NCBI GenBank assembly: GCA_963665845.2
Contig: OY762492.1
Span: forward strand, 1,760,001-1,824,000
Length of the DNA: 64,000 nucleotides
From: Candidatus Poribacteria bacterium
GTDB taxonomy: Bacteria > Poribacteria > WGA-4E > GCA-2687025
Direction: 5' to 3'
Under the pieces are notes generated by a model. The model was not told the origin of the DNA, ran no database searches, and worked only from the letters and a program-made list of their open reading frames with translations. Shown here one piece after another: positions 62,998 through 64,000 of the stretch. The position numbers and the translations under genes are program-made. Position 1 is the stretch's first letter. Every line of letters starts with the position of its first letter.

Positions 62998-64000
62998 ACG
63001 AGACGCATCATGAAGAGCATTACCATGACCAGCGGGTCGGCTCGATCCGAAAATATCTCTTCTCCACCGACCATAAAGTAATCGGGCGGCAGTTTCTGCT
63101 GACAACGCTGTTTTTCCTGATTGTCGGCGGACTGCTCGCGCTCATTGTGCGGTGGCAGCTCGGCTTCCCCGGCGAAGCGGTCCCGCTCGGCAATCTCCTG
63201 CCCGAATCGATGGTCGCGGAGACGGAGGACGGCGGACACATACTCAAACCGGAAGGCTACAACGCCGCCTTCACCATGCACGCCTCCGTCATGATCTTCT
63301 TCGTCGTCATTCCGATGCTGGTCGGCGCGTTCGGCAACTTTGTCGTCCCGATACAGATTGGGGCGCGCGATATGGCGTTTCCAAAGCTGAACATGCTCTC
63401 CTACTGGCTCTTCTGGCCGTCGGCGGTCATTGCGCTTCTCGGCTTCTTTTTAGACCCGCTCATGGACGCCTTCGGAGCGATGGGCGGCGGATGGACGGCG
63501 TATCCGCCGTTGAGCGTCATCACCCCGGGTCTCGGCATCAACTGCTGGCTCATCGGCGTTCTGCTGGTCGGCTTCTCCTCGCTGGCGGGGGCGGTCAACT
63601 ATGTAACGACGATACTGAACATGCGCGCGCCCGGCATGTCGCTCTTCAGAATGCCGCTGACAACCTGGGCGGTTTTCATCACCTCCATTTTGACGACGCT
63701 GGCGACGCCTGTTTTGACGGCCGCCGTCACGCTCGTTCTGTTCGACCGCGTTTTTGACACCAGCTTCTTTTTGCCGCAGGGGTTGGTCGTCTCCCAAGAG
63801 ATGTTCAGAGACGGCATGACCGGCGGAGGGCAGCCGCTTCTGTTTCAGCATCTGTTCTGGTTCTATTCGCACCCCGCCGTCTATATCATGATTCTTCCCG
63901 CCATGGGCATCGTCTCCGACGTTCTCGCCACCTTTAGCCGTAAACCGATTTTCGGGTACCGCGCCATGGTGTTTGCCATCGCCGGCATCGCCGGACTCGG
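62994..64000 (+). CDS. coxA: Cytochrome c oxidase subunit I (A2-type), runs off the window end
   Basis: Manual translation from ATG 62994: FSTDHKVIG, FTMHASVMIF, GARDMAFPKLN, GWTAYPPL, FQHLFWFYSHPAVYIM. Confidence 0.95.
   Translation, partial: MNETHHEEHYHDQRVGSIRKYLFSTDHKVIGRQFLLTTLFFLIVGGLLALIVRWQLGFPGEAVPLGNLLPESMVAETEDGGHILKPEGYNAAFTMHASVMIFFVVIPMLVGAFGNFVVPIQIGARDMAFPKLNMLSYWLFWPSAVIALLGFFLDPLMDAFGAMGGGWTAYPPLSVITPGLGINCWLIGVLLVGFSSLAGAVNYVTTILNMRAPGMSLFRMPLTTWAVFITSILTTLATPVLTAAVTLVLFDRVFDTSFFLPQGLVVSQEMFRDGMTGGGQPLLFQHLFWFYSHPAVYIMILPAMGIVSDVLATFSRKPIFGYRAMVFAIAGIAGL

Overview
GC-rich, gene-dense 64 kb bacterial chromosomal segment with about 50 CDS. I found no rRNA, tRNA, CRISPR array, transposase, integrase or phage genes. 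Gene content includes housekeeping genes (recQ, purC, rlmB, tlyA, surE, lgt, aconitase, amt, SbcC-like ATPase, A2-type cytochrome c oxidase coxB/coxA), catabolic enzymes (3 PhyH dioxygenases, 3 Cys-type sulfatases, GH127, enolase, HpcH aldolase) and expanded secreted repeat proteins (4 TolB/PD40 propellers, 2 WD40 proteins, 2 TPR-like paralogs). This mix resembles Candidatus Poribacteria (inference, not verified). The most striking structure is a tandem array of three secreted beta-propeller genes (40.4-43.9 kb). Their cores are highly diverged, but they are joined by near-identical ~300-bp DNA junctions encoding a constant C-terminal tail (SVDPAGKKKAQWGAVKK, with an A9 tract), the intergenic spacer/RBS and the next signal peptide. 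This suggests a cassette-shuffling surface-protein system with a candidate C-terminal sorting signal. Intergenic DNA carries a nested repeat ecosystem: a ~170-190 bp MITE with 27-bp TIRs (one copy with a 7-bp TSD), dRS3-like ATTCCC-N8-GGGAAT hairpins and poly-C/poly-G hairpins. Other notable items are an ATC start codon for lgt, a sigma-54 promoter before amt, a synonymous-variant duplicate of the surE 3' end flanking a repeat insert, a catalytically degenerate cyclase, an AAAPAEW-repeat lipoprotein and a His-rich membrane protein. All calls come from motif reading by eye; no database searches were run.
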